This document shows positions 19,688 through 29,592 of a stretch of 64,000 nt of DNA, one piece after another. Position 1 is the stretch's first letter. Each line of letters opens with the position of its first letter. Under the pieces are notes generated by a model. The model saw only the letters and a program-made list of their open reading frames with translations, was not told where the DNA came from and ran no database searches. Location of the stretch: contig CAJXYM010000005.1 of NCBI GenBank assembly GCA_913063045.1, positions 25,248 to 89,247 on the forward strand. The letters run 5' to 3'. The position numbers and the translations under genes were made by a program. Source of the DNA: an uncultured Flavobacteriales bacterium (lineage in GTDB: Bacteria > Bacteroidota > Bacteroidia > Flavobacteriales > BACL11).

Positions 19688-21142
19688 ATGAAAAAAGAAG
19701 AATTGTCTGAAGACGAATTATTAGACCAAGTTACATCAACAGAATACAAGTATGGATTTACCACAAAAATGGATTCTGATACTATTCCTAAAGGTTTAAG
19801 TGAAGATGTTGTGAGATTAATCTCTAAGAAAAAAAATGAGCCAGAATGGATGCTTAAATATCGGCTTGAAGCGTACAAAATATGGCTATCAATGGAAGAG
19901 CCTGATTGGGCTAATGTTAAATACAAAAAACCAAACTACCAAGATATAATTTACTACTCAGCTCCTCAGCCAAAAAAGAAATTAGACAGCCTTGACGACT
20001 TAGATCCAGAGCTGAAAAAAACATTTGATAAACTAGGAATATCTGTTAATGAACAAAAAAGACTTTCTAATGTAGCAGTAGACATCGTTATGGATAGCGT
20101 TTCAGTAGCTACCTCATTCAAGTCAACTCTAGCAAAACTTGGAATTATCTTCTGCTCTATTTCTGAAGCAATACAAGAGCATCCGGAATTAGTAAAAAGA
20201 TATTTAGGTACAGTTGTTCCAAGTGGAGATAATTTTTTCTCTGCATTAAATGCAGCCGTATTCTCTGATGGATCATTTTGTTATATCCCTAAGGGGTCAA
20301 AATGTCCGATGGAATTATCTACATACTTTAGAATTAATGAGGCGGGAACTGGCCAGTTTGAAAGAACATTATTAATTGCTGATGAAGGAAGTTATGTCAG
20401 TTATCTTGAAGGGTGTACAGCGCCTCAAAGAGATGAAAATCAATTACACGCTGCCGTTGTAGAGCTTATTGCTTTGGATAATGCTGAAATAAAATACTCT
20501 ACAGTTCAAAACTGGTACCCAGGTAATAAAGACGGGATAGGTGGTGTTTTTAATTTTGTAACTAAAAGAGGTATTTGTCATAAAAACTCTAAAATTTCAT
20601 GGACACAAGTTGAAACAGGTTCTGCAGTAACATGGAAGTATCCATCATGTATTCTAAAGGGAGACAATTCTGTTGGAGAATTCTTTTCAGTAGCAGTTAC
20701 AAATAATTTTCAGCAAGCTGATACAGGAACAAAAATGATTCATCTGGGCAAAAACTCAAAAAGCACAATAATAGCAAAGGGAATTTGTGCGGGGAAAAGT
20801 GACGGAAGCTATAGAGGTTTAGTACATATTTCTAAAGGAGCTAAAAACTCTAGAAATTTCTCTCAATGCGATTCCTTATTAATGGGAGATAAGTGCGGCT
20901 CTCACACTTTCCCATATATTGAAGTCAAAAATAATAGCTCACAAGTAGAGCATGAAGCAACAACATCTAAAATTGGTGAAGACCAAATTTTTTACTGTAA
21001 TCAAAGAGGTATTGGTACTGAAGAGGCAATAGCTTTAATTGTAAATGGTTACTGCAAGGATGTTCTTAATCAACTCCCAATGGAGTTTGCGGTTGAAGCT
21101 CAAAAATTACTAGAAATAAGTTTAGAAGGAAGCGTTGGATAA
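19688..21142 (+). CDS. sufB: Fe-S cluster assembly scaffold SufB
   Basis: 484 aa with ...SYLEGCTAP...QNWYPG...[13 protein letters not shown]... and FYCNQRGI. Confidence 0.95.
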   Translation: MKKEELSEDELLDQVTSTEYKYGFTTKMDSDTIPKGLSEDVVRLISKKKNEPEWMLKYRLEAYKIWLSMEEPDWANVKYKKPNYQDIIYYSAPQPKKKLDSLDDLDPELKKTFDKLGISVNEQKRLSNVAVDIVMDSVSVATSFKSTLAKLGIIFCSISEAIQEHPELVKRYLGTVVPSGDNFFSALNAAVFSDGSFCYIPKGSKCPMELSTYFRINEAGTGQFERTLLIADEGSYVSYLEGCTAPQRDENQLHAAVVELIALDNAEIKYSTVQNWYPGNKDGIGGVFNFVTKRGICHKNSKISWTQVETGSAVTWKYPSCILKGDNSVGEFFSVAVTNNFQQADTGTKMIHLGKNSKSTIIAKGICAGKSDGSYRGLVHISKGAKNSRNFSQCDSLLMGDKCGSHTFPYIEVKNNSSQVEHEATTSKIGEDQIFYCNQRGIGTEEAIALIVNGYCKDVLNQLPMEFAVEAQKLLEISLEGSVG

Positions 21143-21152
21143 AAAAAAATAT

Positions 21153-21917
21153 ATGTTAAAAATTAATGATTTAAAAGCAGGCATCGAAGATGTTGAGATT
21201 CTAAAAGGAATTAACTTATCTGTAAACAAAGGTGAGGTACATGCAATTATGGGCCCTAATGGCTCTGGTAAAAGTACATTATCTGCAGTTATAGCAGGTA
21301 ATGAAACTTATGAGGTTAATTCAGGCTCTATTCTGTTTGATGGTGAAGATCTTTTAGACTTAGATCCTGATCAAAGAGCACACAAAGGGGTCTTTCTATC
21401 TTTTCAATATCCAGTTGAAATTCCAGGGATATCTGTATCTAACTTTATTAAAGCAGCAATAACAGAAAAAAGAAAGGTTTTGGGTTTAGGCCCTATTTCA
21501 GCTAAAGAGTTGCTCTCAAGTATGAAAGAAAAAATGGAATTACTTAGCATGAAAAAGGGATATCTATCAAGAAATATGAATGAGGGTTTTTCTGGAGGAG
21601 AAAAGAAAAGGAATGAAATATTTCAGATGGCTATGCTAGAGCCAAAACTAGCTATATTAGATGAAACAGATTCTGGTCTAGATATTGATGCACTTAGAAT
21701 TGTTGCCAATGGAGTTAATAAACTTAAAAGCAAAGAAAATGCAACTATTATTATTACGCATTATCAAAGACTACTTGATTATATTGTTCCTGACTTTGTT
21801 CATGTTTTGCATAATGGTAGAATTATAAAATCAGGAGGAAAAGAATTAGCTCATGAATTAGAGGAAAAAGGCTATGACTGGGTAACTAAAGAAGCAGACG
21901 AGAAGTGGGGTTACTAG
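21153..21917 (+). CDS. sufC: Fe-S cluster assembly ATPase SufC
   Basis: Walker A GPNGSGKST, signature FSGGEKKRNE, Walker B LAILDETDSGLD. Start placed at ATG 21153 rather than the TTG at 21135. Confidence 0.95.
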   Translation: MLKINDLKAGIEDVEILKGINLSVNKGEVHAIMGPNGSGKSTLSAVIAGNETYEVNSGSILFDGEDLLDLDPDQRAHKGVFLSFQYPVEIPGISVSNFIKAAITEKRKVLGLGPISAKELLSSMKEKMELLSMKKGYLSRNMNEGFSGGEKKRNEIFQMAMLEPKLAILDETDSGLDIDALRIVANGVNKLKSKENATIIITHYQRLLDYIVPDFVHVLHNGRIIKSGGKELAHELEEKGYDWVTKEADEKWGY

Positions 21918-23122
21918 AAAACATACAAAAAAATATAGCAGATAATCCTATTTTGATAAATAGTGAAGCTGCTTTTTCTAAGTTTTTAGAATTAGGATTT
22001 CCTGACATAAAAAATGAGGAATGGAAATATACGTCGCTTAAAAAAGTGATTTCTTATGAGTATGAAATTGAAAAAAATACTGAAGAAATTAGTGAGAAGG
22101 AAATCAAGTCTAATAGCTTAAATTTTCATAATGCTATTATATTTTTAAATGGGAAAATTTATTCAAAACCAAAAATTAAAGGAGTAACTATTAGTAATTT
22201 TGAGGATCAAAACCCTTCATTTGATAATGCCATAACCGCTCTAAATGCTTCTATCGCTTCTAATGGATACAGTATTTCTGTTGATTCAAATACAGTTGTT
22301 AGTGAACCTATTGAGATTCTATTTTTAACGAAAAACTCTTCAAATAATTTTATTCAATATAGAAACAACATTAATGTTGAGGAAAATTCCGAAGTTAAAA
22401 TTGTAGAACACATAAAAAACCTTTCTGAGAAAATATGCTTTACAAATAGCGTTACTTTAGTTAAGTTAAAGAAATATGCGAAGATTGAGCACAACAAACT
22501 ACAAGATAATAATGATAACCAAATATCGATTGACCATACATATGTAGATCAAGATAAAAATAGTATTTCAACAATTAACACATTAATATTTGGGGGTCTT
22601 TTTACAAGAAATAATTTAAATTTCACACAAAATGGGGAGCGTGGTGAGAGTAATATGAATGGAATTGTAATTCTTGACAACAAAGAATTTGCTGACAATC
22701 ATACATTTATGGATCATAAAATGCCAAATTGTGAAAGCAATGAATTGTATAAAGGAATTTACTTAGGAAGAGCTAAGGGAGTTTTTAATGGTAAGATCAT
22801 GGTTCAGCCTGATGCCCAAAAAATAAATGCTTTTCAAGCAAATAATAATTTACTTCTTAGCGATAACTCTTCGATCAATAGTAAACCACAGCTTGAAATA
22901 TATGCTGATGATGTTAAGTGCAGTCATGGATGTACAATTGGACAGCTTGATGAAAACGCGCTATTTTATATGAATACTAGAGGAATCTCTAAAGAGGATG
23001 CTAAGGCTATTCTAACTTTTGCTTTTGCATCTGAAGCTTTAGATAAAATTACTATTAAAGAACTTTCCTCTCTTGCAAGAGATTTGATGTCAAAAAAACT
23101 CAATGTTAATCTAAGCTTTTAA
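21905..23122 (+). CDS. sufD: Fe-S cluster assembly protein SufD
   Basis: 405 aa with the C-terminal beta-helix region ...QLEIYADDVKCSHGCTIGQLDENALFYMNTRGI. A GTG start overlaps the sufC end. Confidence 0.9.
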   Translation: MGLLENIQKNIADNPILINSEAAFSKFLELGFPDIKNEEWKYTSLKKVISYEYEIEKNTEEISEKEIKSNSLNFHNAIIFLNGKIYSKPKIKGVTISNFEDQNPSFDNAITALNASIASNGYSISVDSNTVVSEPIEILFLTKNSSNNFIQYRNNINVEENSEVKIVEHIKNLSEKICFTNSVTLVKLKKYAKIEHNKLQDNNDNQISIDHTYVDQDKNSISTINTLIFGGLFTRNNLNFTQNGERGESNMNGIVILDNKEFADNHTFMDHKMPNCESNELYKGIYLGRAKGVFNGKIMVQPDAQKINAFQANNNLLLSDNSSINSKPQLEIYADDVKCSHGCTIGQLDENALFYMNTRGISKEDAKAILTFAFASEALDKITIKELSSLARDLMSKKLNVNLSF

Positions 23123-23123
23123 A

Positions 23124-24338
23124 ATGTCAGATAACAGTGATATCCGTAATATGTTCCCGATTCTTAAGAGTAGGGTAAATGATAATGATTTAGTGTATTT
23201 TGATAATGCTGCAACGACTCAAAAATCTAAAGAAGTTATTAAGGAGCTTGAAAGGTTTTATTTACAAGAAAACAGTAATATTCACAGAGGCGTTCATCAC
23301 CTTAGTCAAGTAGCAACGGATAGCTTTGAGCTAACAAGAAAAAGTGTAAAAACATTTATTAACTCAAAGTTTACACATGAAATTATATTCACAAAAGGAA
23401 CAACTGACTCTATTAATCTAGTTGCTAGCTCACTTGGTAGATTACTTAAAAAAGATGATGAAATTATTATCTCAGAAATGGAGCATCATTCTAATATAGT
23501 CCCCTGGCAATTATGCTGTGAAATAAGTGGGGCAAAATTAAAAATTGTTCCCATAAATGATTCCGGGGAGCTTGATATGATAATCTTTAATGAATTATTG
23601 AATAGTAAAACAAAGATTGTTGCTATTACTCATATTTCGAACAGCTTAGGAACAATTAACCCTATAAAAGAAATCATCAAACTAAGTCACGAAAATAATG
23701 CAAAGGTACTAATTGATGGAGCTCAATCAGCAGCACATGTAAGTATTGATGTTCAGGAACTTGATGTAGATTTTTATTGCTTCTCTGCTCACAAGCTTTA
23801 TGGGCCTACTGGAGTTGGTGTCTTATATGGTAAAGAAGAAATACTGAATCAAATGCCACCATATCAAGGAGGTGGGGAGATGATTAAAGAAGTGAGTTTA
23901 CATAAAACAACGTATGCCTCTCTTCCACATAAGTTTGAAGCAGGAACTCCTAACATTGCTGGAGTCGTTGCGTTTAAAAAATCTATTGATTTACTTGAAA
24001 ATTTTGGCCTAAAAACTATAAAAGAACATGAGGATGCCCTTTTATCATATGCTACTAAAGAATTAAAAAAAATAGAGGGGCTAATAATTGTTGGAACATC
24101 AGAAAATAAATCTGGCATCATTTCTTTTAATATTAATGGAATTCACCATTATGATCTTGGAGTTATTTTAGATAAAATGGGTATTGCAATTAGAACAGGA
24201 CATCATTGTACTCAGCCTGTAATGAGAAAATTTAATATTCCAGGAACAGCTAGAATATCATTTGCTTATTACAATACATTTGACGAAATTGATAGATGTA
24301 TTAAGGCTATTAATAAAGCTAAAGACATGTTGCTATAG
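23124..24338 (+). CDS. sufS: Cysteine desulfurase SufS
   Basis: YFDNAATTQK, the PLP lysine in SAHKLYGPTG, and the active-site Cys in RTGHHCTQP. Confidence 0.95.
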   Translation: MSDNSDIRNMFPILKSRVNDNDLVYFDNAATTQKSKEVIKELERFYLQENSNIHRGVHHLSQVATDSFELTRKSVKTFINSKFTHEIIFTKGTTDSINLVASSLGRLLKKDDEIIISEMEHHSNIVPWQLCCEISGAKLKIVPINDSGELDMIIFNELLNSKTKIVAITHISNSLGTINPIKEIIKLSHENNAKVLIDGAQSAAHVSIDVQELDVDFYCFSAHKLYGPTGVGVLYGKEEILNQMPPYQGGGEMIKEVSLHKTTYASLPHKFEAGTPNIAGVVAFKKSIDLLENFGLKTIKEHEDALLSYATKELKKIEGLIIVGTSENKSGIISFNINGIHHYDLGVILDKMGIAIRTGHHCTQPVMRKFNIPGTARISFAYYNTFDEIDRCIKAINKAKDMLL

Positions 24339-24340
24339 TT

Positions 24341-24766
24341 ATGAATATGTCAATAAATGAAATAGAAAATGAGATTGTTGAAGAATTTGAAATGTTTGAT
24401 AATTGGATTGACAAATATGAATATTTGATTGACTTAGGAAAATCTCTTCCTAAAATTAGTGATTCAGAAAAAACTAAAGAAAATATAATTACCGGCTGTC
24501 AGTCTCAGGTATGGCTAAATGCAAAAGAAAAAGATAGACATATTATATTTTATGCAGACAGCGACGCTATAATGACAAAAGGAATTATTGCAATTCTGAT
24601 TCGTGTACTTTCTTTCCAAAAACCTAAAGATATTATTAATGCAAAACTGGAATTTATTGAGAAAATAGGCCTAAAAGAACAACTCTCTCCAACAAGAGCA
24701 AACGGCTTAGTTTCTATGATTAAAAAAATGAAAATTTACGCACTAGGATTTGAACAAAAATTATGA
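24341..24766 (+). CDS. sufE: Sulfur acceptor SufE
   Basis: 141 aa with the ITGCQSQVWL active-site Cys motif. Confidence 0.85.
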   Translation: MNMSINEIENEIVEEFEMFDNWIDKYEYLIDLGKSLPKISDSEKTKENIITGCQSQVWLNAKEKDRHIIFYADSDAIMTKGIIAILIRVLSFQKPKDIINAKLEFIEKIGLKEQLSPTRANGLVSMIKKMKIYALGFEQKL

Positions 24767-25086
24767 TTACAGATAAAGAAATAGAACAAATAGGTGAAGA
24801 AGCAATAAAGATTATTTCTACAATATATGATCCAGAGATACCAGTTAATATTTATGAACTAGGTTTAATCTATGATGTTAAAATTAGTGACCAAGGAGAT
24901 GTTAAGATTGAAATGACACTGACATCTCCAAACTGTCCTGTAGCTGAAAGTCTTCCTGCTGAAGTGGAAGAAAAGGTTAAGGGAATAGAAAAAACTAAAG
25001 ATGTAAAGGTGGAAATTGTTTTTGACCCTCCTTGGACAAAAGAAATGATGAGTGAAGAAGCTAGGCTAGAGCTTGGGATGCTTTAA
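24763..25086 (+). CDS. DUF59-type SUF system Fe-S assembly protein (SufT/PaaD-like)
   Basis: 107 aa with IYDPEIPVNIYELGLIY and TLTSPNCPVA. Its ATG overlaps the sufE stop codon (ATGA). Confidence 0.8.
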   Translation: MITDKEIEQIGEEAIKIISTIYDPEIPVNIYELGLIYDVKISDQGDVKIEMTLTSPNCPVAESLPAEVEEKVKGIEKTKDVKVEIVFDPPWTKEMMSEEARLELGML

Positions 25087-25087
25087 T

Positions 25088-25594
25088 ATGAAAGGGGAGA
25101 TTATAAATAAAGTTGAGAAAAGAAATATTATTAATATTGACCTTACAGACTATGCTCCAAAACAAGTCATTATCGAAATAGACATAAAAGATTTTCTATT
25201 CGAAGGTTTAGTTTTAAAAGAAAAAAACTTTAGAGAAATACTAGAAAATAAAGAATGGGACATATACATTAATAAAACTGTTGCGCTATTTTGTTCAAGC
25301 GATAGTATAATTCCTCTTTGGGCTTATATGTTAATTACAGGCTACCTAAATGAGCGCAATATTGAAATATGTTTTGGCAATCAAACAGATGTTTTTGATA
25401 ATTTATTTTTAGAAAATATTAAAAAAATAAATACTTTTGAGTTTGAAAATAATAGAGTTATTGTCAAAGGTTGTGGCGATATAAAAATTCACGAAAAAAT
25501 ATTTATGGAAATAACAAAAAAACTACAACCTATAGTAAAAAGCCTAATGTTTGGAGAGGCCTGCTCTTCAGTACCTGTTTATAAAAAGAAATGA
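25088..25594 (+). CDS. DUF2480-like protein, unknown function
   Basis: About 168 aa. Its ATG lies 1 nt after the DUF59 stop codon. The family call rests on my recollection of this conserved Flavobacteriia neighbourhood and has not been searched. Confidence 0.5.
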   Translation: MKGEIINKVEKRNIINIDLTDYAPKQVIIEIDIKDFLFEGLVLKEKNFREILENKEWDIYINKTVALFCSSDSIIPLWAYMLITGYLNERNIEICFGNQTDVFDNLFLENIKKINTFEFENNRVIVKGCGDIKIHEKIFMEITKKLQPIVKSLMFGEACSSVPVYKKK

Positions 25595-26343
25595 ATCCAA
25601 GAATAAAAATCATTAATAATAACATCTCTCAATATAGAGACGCTATAGTTAACCATCCATTATACAAATCTTTAAAATCTACTGACCATATTAGTGTGAT
25701 GATGCAATATCATGTGTATGCGGTATGGGACTTTATGTCTTTATTAAAAGCAATGCAAGATAAGCTTACTTGTACAAGATCACCATGGAAACCAATTGGA
25801 GATAATAAAGTTCGCCGATTAATCAACTCTATTGTTCTTGAGGAGGAAAGTGATCTTGATGAAGAAGGAAACCCTTCATCACATTTTGAAATGTATATTG
25901 AAGCAATGAAAGAATGTGGCGCTCAGACAAAAAAAATAGAAAAGTTTATCAGCAAGATTGATAAAAACTTAATATCAAGCGGAACAACTGAAATTGATAA
26001 TTTTTTAAAAAGCACCTTCGCTATAATTGACACGGATGAAATTCATAAAATTGCAGCAGCCTTTACATTTGGCCGTGAAGATTTAATACCGGATATGTTT
26101 ACCTCTATAGTAGAAGACTTAAATGCCGAAAACAAATTAAATAAATTTGTTTATTATTTAGAAAGACATATTGAGCTGGACGGAGGAGAACATGGCCCAC
26201 TGGCGTTTCAATTAATCTCTGACTTATGCGGAGAGGATGAACAAAAATGGAAAGATGTTGAAGAAACAGCAATAACATGTTTAATTGCAAGAGAAAAATT
26301 ATGGGATGCAATTTTAGAAGCTATAAACGGACTTAAAGATTAA
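25591..26343 (+). CDS. DUF3050-like (heme-oxygenase-like fold) protein, unknown function
   Basis: 250 aa with HPLYKSL...YHVYAVWDFMSLLKAMQ and an all-helical look. Its ATG overlaps the previous stop codon (ATGA at 25591-25594). Confidence 0.55.
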   Translation: MNPRIKIINNNISQYRDAIVNHPLYKSLKSTDHISVMMQYHVYAVWDFMSLLKAMQDKLTCTRSPWKPIGDNKVRRLINSIVLEEESDLDEEGNPSSHFEMYIEAMKECGAQTKKIEKFISKIDKNLISSGTTEIDNFLKSTFAIIDTDEIHKIAAAFTFGREDLIPDMFTSIVEDLNAENKLNKFVYYLERHIELDGGEHGPLAFQLISDLCGEDEQKWKDVEETAITCLIAREKLWDAILEAINGLKD

Positions 26344-27086
26344 AGATTATTTTCTTCTCCAAAAGTTTTAATGGAGTGCTTAACCGACTGATTAATTTGA
26401 TTTAACTCATCAGCAGTAAAATCCCTATACTCTCCTACTGGTATATCTAAATTAATATTCATAATCCTTACCCTTATAAGAGAAACAACATCATACCCAA
26501 AATACTCACACATCCTGCGTATTTGTCTATTAAGGCCTTGAGTTAATATTATTTTAAATTTCTTTTTACCTTGTTTCTTAACATAGCATTTTTGTGTTAC
26601 TGTATCTAAAATAGGCACACCATTAGACATTAATTTAACAAATTCATCCGAGATAGGTTTATTTACTTCAACATGATATTCCTTTTCATGTTTATTTTTA
26701 GCTCTCAATATTTTATTTACAATATCTCCGTCATTTGTTAAAAAAATTAACCCCTCACTTCTTTTATCTAACCTACCTATTGGGAAAATTCTAGAGGGGT
26801 AATTAATATATTCGATAATATTATCTCTCTCTCTTTTAGTATCTGTTGTGCAAACAATTCCTGAAGGCTTATTAAAGGCAATATATATATTCTTGGTGTT
26901 TGCATTAATAACTTCTTTTCCGTTAACCTCTATTTTTTCTTGACCACTAACTTTTTGGCCCATTAGAGCTATTTCATTATTAATTTTAATTCTTCCCTGA
27001 TCAATGAATTTATCAGCTTCCCTTCTTGAGCAAAAACCAATCTCACTGAGATATTTATTAATTCTAATATTATTTTCTTCGTTCAT
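26340..27086 (-). CDS. rluF: rRNA pseudouridine synthase, RsuA/RluF family
   Basis: N-terminal S4 domain (RINKYLSEIGFCSRREADKFI) and the catalytic GRLDKRSEGL motif. Confidence 0.75.
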   Translation of the reverse strand: MNEENNIRINKYLSEIGFCSRREADKFIDQGRIKINNEIALMGQKVSGQEKIEVNGKEVINANTKNIYIAFNKPSGIVCTTDTKRERDNIIEYINYPSRIFPIGRLDKRSEGLIFLTNDGDIVNKILRAKNKHEKEYHVEVNKPISDEFVKLMSNGVPILDTVTQKCYVKKQGKKKFKIILTQGLNRQIRRMCEYFGYDVVSLIRVRIMNINLDIPVGEYRDFTADELNQINQSVKHSIKTFGEENNL

Positions 27087-27093
27087 CTAAAAG

Positions 27094-27101
27094 CAAAAAT
27101 A
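27094..27101 (-). promoter_or_regulatory. -7 promoter box (TATTTTTG on the minus strand)
   Basis: Ends only 7 nt upstream of the minus-strand ATG at 27086. Confidence 0.3.
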
Positions 27102-27148
27102 CACTAATGTTTGTTATCACAAATTAAAAAAAGCTCTATAAATTATTT

Positions 27149-27156
27149 TACATTTG
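27149..27156 (+). promoter_or_regulatory. -7 promoter box (TACATTTG)
   Basis: Ends 23 nt upstream of ATG 27180. Confidence 0.4.
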
Positions 27157-27179
27157 TATTCAAATTAAATTAACTAATC

Positions 27180-29588
27180 ATGAAATACTCTCTACTATTT
27201 TTTCTTTCTCTTTTTACAACAACATTACTTGCAGATGAAGGAATGTGGCTGCCTCAGCTATTAAAATCATTAAATGAAACCGACATGAAAGAACGTGGAC
27301 TAAAACTTTCTGCAGAGGATATCTATAGTATTAATAATTCATCCTTAAAAGATGCTATTGTTTCTTTAAACGGGGGCGGCTGTACTGCTGAAATGATTTC
27401 TTCTCAAGGGTTAATGCTAACAAATCATCATTGTGCTTTTGGATCAATTCAAATACACTCCTCAGTTAAAAATGATTATTTGAAAGATGGTTTTTGGGCA
27501 ATGAGTAATGCTGAAGAATTAAAAAATGATAATGTTACAGCAACATTTTTAGTTAGAATTGAAGATGTAAGTGAGAGAATAAATCTTTCTCTTAATAATA
27601 ATATGAGTGAAGACGAAAGAAGGTCAAAAATTTCTCAAATTTCAAAAGAAATAACTGCGGAAGTTACAGATTCATCAGATTATTCTGCAAATGTTAAATC
27701 TTATTTTGGAGGAAATGACTTTTATCTACTTGTATATCAGACATATAAAGATGTTAGATTAGTTGGTGCACCACCCTCTTCAATTGGAAAATTTGGTGGA
27801 GATACTGATAATTGGATGTGGCCAAGACATACAGGAGACTTTGCTCTTTACAGAGTGTATATGTCAAAGGATGGTGAACCAGCAGACTATGATCTTGAGA
27901 ATATTCCCTATACACCAAAACATCACTTACCAGTTCAACTAGAGGGTGTTGAAAATGAAGATTACACAATGATTATGGGATACCCTGGAAGAACAAATAG
28001 ATATCTTACATCTTTTGGAGTGCAAGAAGCCTTAGATATTACAAACCCTACAACCGTTGACATTAGAGAAGAAAAGTTAGCAATTATGAAGGCTGGAATG
28101 AATGCAGATAAAAAAACAAAAATTCAATATGCTTCAAAATATGCACGAATATCAAACTATTGGAAATATTATATCGGCCAGTCTAAAGGATTAAAGGCGA
28201 TGAAAGTATATGATAAGAAAAAAACTATCGAGAATAAATTTGATAATTGGGTAACATCGGGAGATTCTTTAAGGCAAGCTACATATGGCGATGTCTTGGC
28301 TTCATTAGAGTCTGCGTTTAACAAAAATAAAAAGATTGCTGTTAACAGAACATATCTAAATGAAGCTCTATTTCAAGGATCTGAAATAATGTATTTCTCA
28401 TATATGATGAAAAATAGAATATCCTCATTACCCGAAGATAAAAAAGAAAGAACTATTGCTATTAGAGGGCTTAAAAAACTAGCTAAAGACTTTTATAAGG
28501 ATTATAATGCTGCAGTTGATCAAGAACTATTAGCCTCTATGCTTGAAATGTATTATTACAATGTTCCAAAATACCAACATGCTCCAGTATTTAAAAAAAT
28601 AGAAAATCAAATGCTAGGGTTTAAAAAATTGGATTTTGATTTCTATGCATCTAACTTATTTAAAAGGTCTATATTTTCTAGCAAAGAGAAATGTTTTGAT
28701 TTTTTAAACAAACCATCTCTATCTAGAGTTAAAAGAGACCCCGCCTACATTACAATGACCTCTATATATGACAAATATATGGAACAAGTATACCCTACAA
28801 GAAAAGCTGTAAGAGCAGAGCTTGGAAAGTATAATAGGTTGTTTATGGCTGGCTTAAGAGAAATGGATACAACAAAATCTTTCTACCCAGATGCTAACTC
28901 TACGATGAGAGTTACCTATGGAAATGTGGGTGACTACTCTCCAGGAGAGGCTATGCACTATGATTATTATACCACTATTGATGGAGTTATGGCAAAAGAA
29001 GACCCTTCTAATGAAGAATTTATTGTTCCAGATAAGCTAAAAGAGCTTTATAAATTAGGAGATTACGGTAAATATGGTGACAAAGATGGCAACCTTAGAG
29101 TTAACTTTATATCAAGCAATGATATTACTGGCGGTAATTCAGGGTCACCGGTTATAAACGCTTGGGGTGAGCTAGTTGGAACAGCCTTTGACGGAAACTG
29201 GGAGGCAATGAGTGGGGATATTGCTTTTGAAAACCAAATTCAAAGAACAATTTCTGTAGATATTAGATATACCTTATTTATAATTGACAAATATGCTAAC
29301 GCTTCATATCTTATAGACGAAATGACAATAGCTCCATCACGCAGGGTTGATATACAAGATACTACAAATACCGAAACTAGTGATATAGTAGTAAATGAAG
29401 AGGATATTAATAATGAAAAAGAAATAGTTATTGAAGAGCAAACAATGATATACAACGGAATTTCTGCACCAATTATTGATGCTATTAAATTTAGTAATGC
29501 ATTTTCATTAGCATTAGCAAAACTTGGATCTGGAAATGATCTCTATTTTTGGTGGCAAGATAATATCTATACTACAGAAAGAAAATAA
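27180..29588 (+). CDS. S46-family dipeptidyl-peptidase (DPP7/DPP11-like) with an extra C-terminal tail
   Basis: Signal peptide followed by the ADEGMWLP hallmark, catalytic His in TNHHCAF and catalytic Ser in GGNSGSPV. At 802 aa it is about 80 aa longer than the ~710-720 aa typical of the family. Confidence 0.9.
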   Translation: MKYSLLFFLSLFTTTLLADEGMWLPQLLKSLNETDMKERGLKLSAEDIYSINNSSLKDAIVSLNGGGCTAEMISSQGLMLTNHHCAFGSIQIHSSVKNDYLKDGFWAMSNAEELKNDNVTATFLVRIEDVSERINLSLNNNMSEDERRSKISQISKEITAEVTDSSDYSANVKSYFGGNDFYLLVYQTYKDVRLVGAPPSSIGKFGGDTDNWMWPRHTGDFALYRVYMSKDGEPADYDLENIPYTPKHHLPVQLEGVENEDYTMIMGYPGRTNRYLTSFGVQEALDITNPTTVDIREEKLAIMKAGMNADKKTKIQYASKYARISNYWKYYIGQSKGLKAMKVYDKKKTIENKFDNWVTSGDSLRQATYGDVLASLESAFNKNKKIAVNRTYLNEALFQGSEIMYFSYMMKNRISSLPEDKKERTIAIRGLKKLAKDFYKDYNAAVDQELLASMLEMYYYNVPKYQHAPVFKKIENQMLGFKKLDFDFYASNLFKRSIFSSKEKCFDFLNKPSLSRVKRDPAYITMTSIYDKYMEQVYPTRKAVRAELGKYNRLFMAGLREMDTTKSFYPDANSTMRVTYGNVGDYSPGEAMHYDYYTTIDGVMAKEDPSNEEFIVPDKLKELYKLGDYGKYGDKDGNLRVNFISSNDITGGNSGSPVINAWGELVGTAFDGNWEAMSGDIAFENQIQRTISVDIRYTLFIIDKYANASYLIDEMTIAPSRRVDIQDTTNTETSDIVVNEEDINNEKEIVIEEQTMIYNGISAPIIDAIKFSNAFSLALAKLGSGNDLYFWWQDNIYTTERK

Positions 29589-29592
29589 CCTT

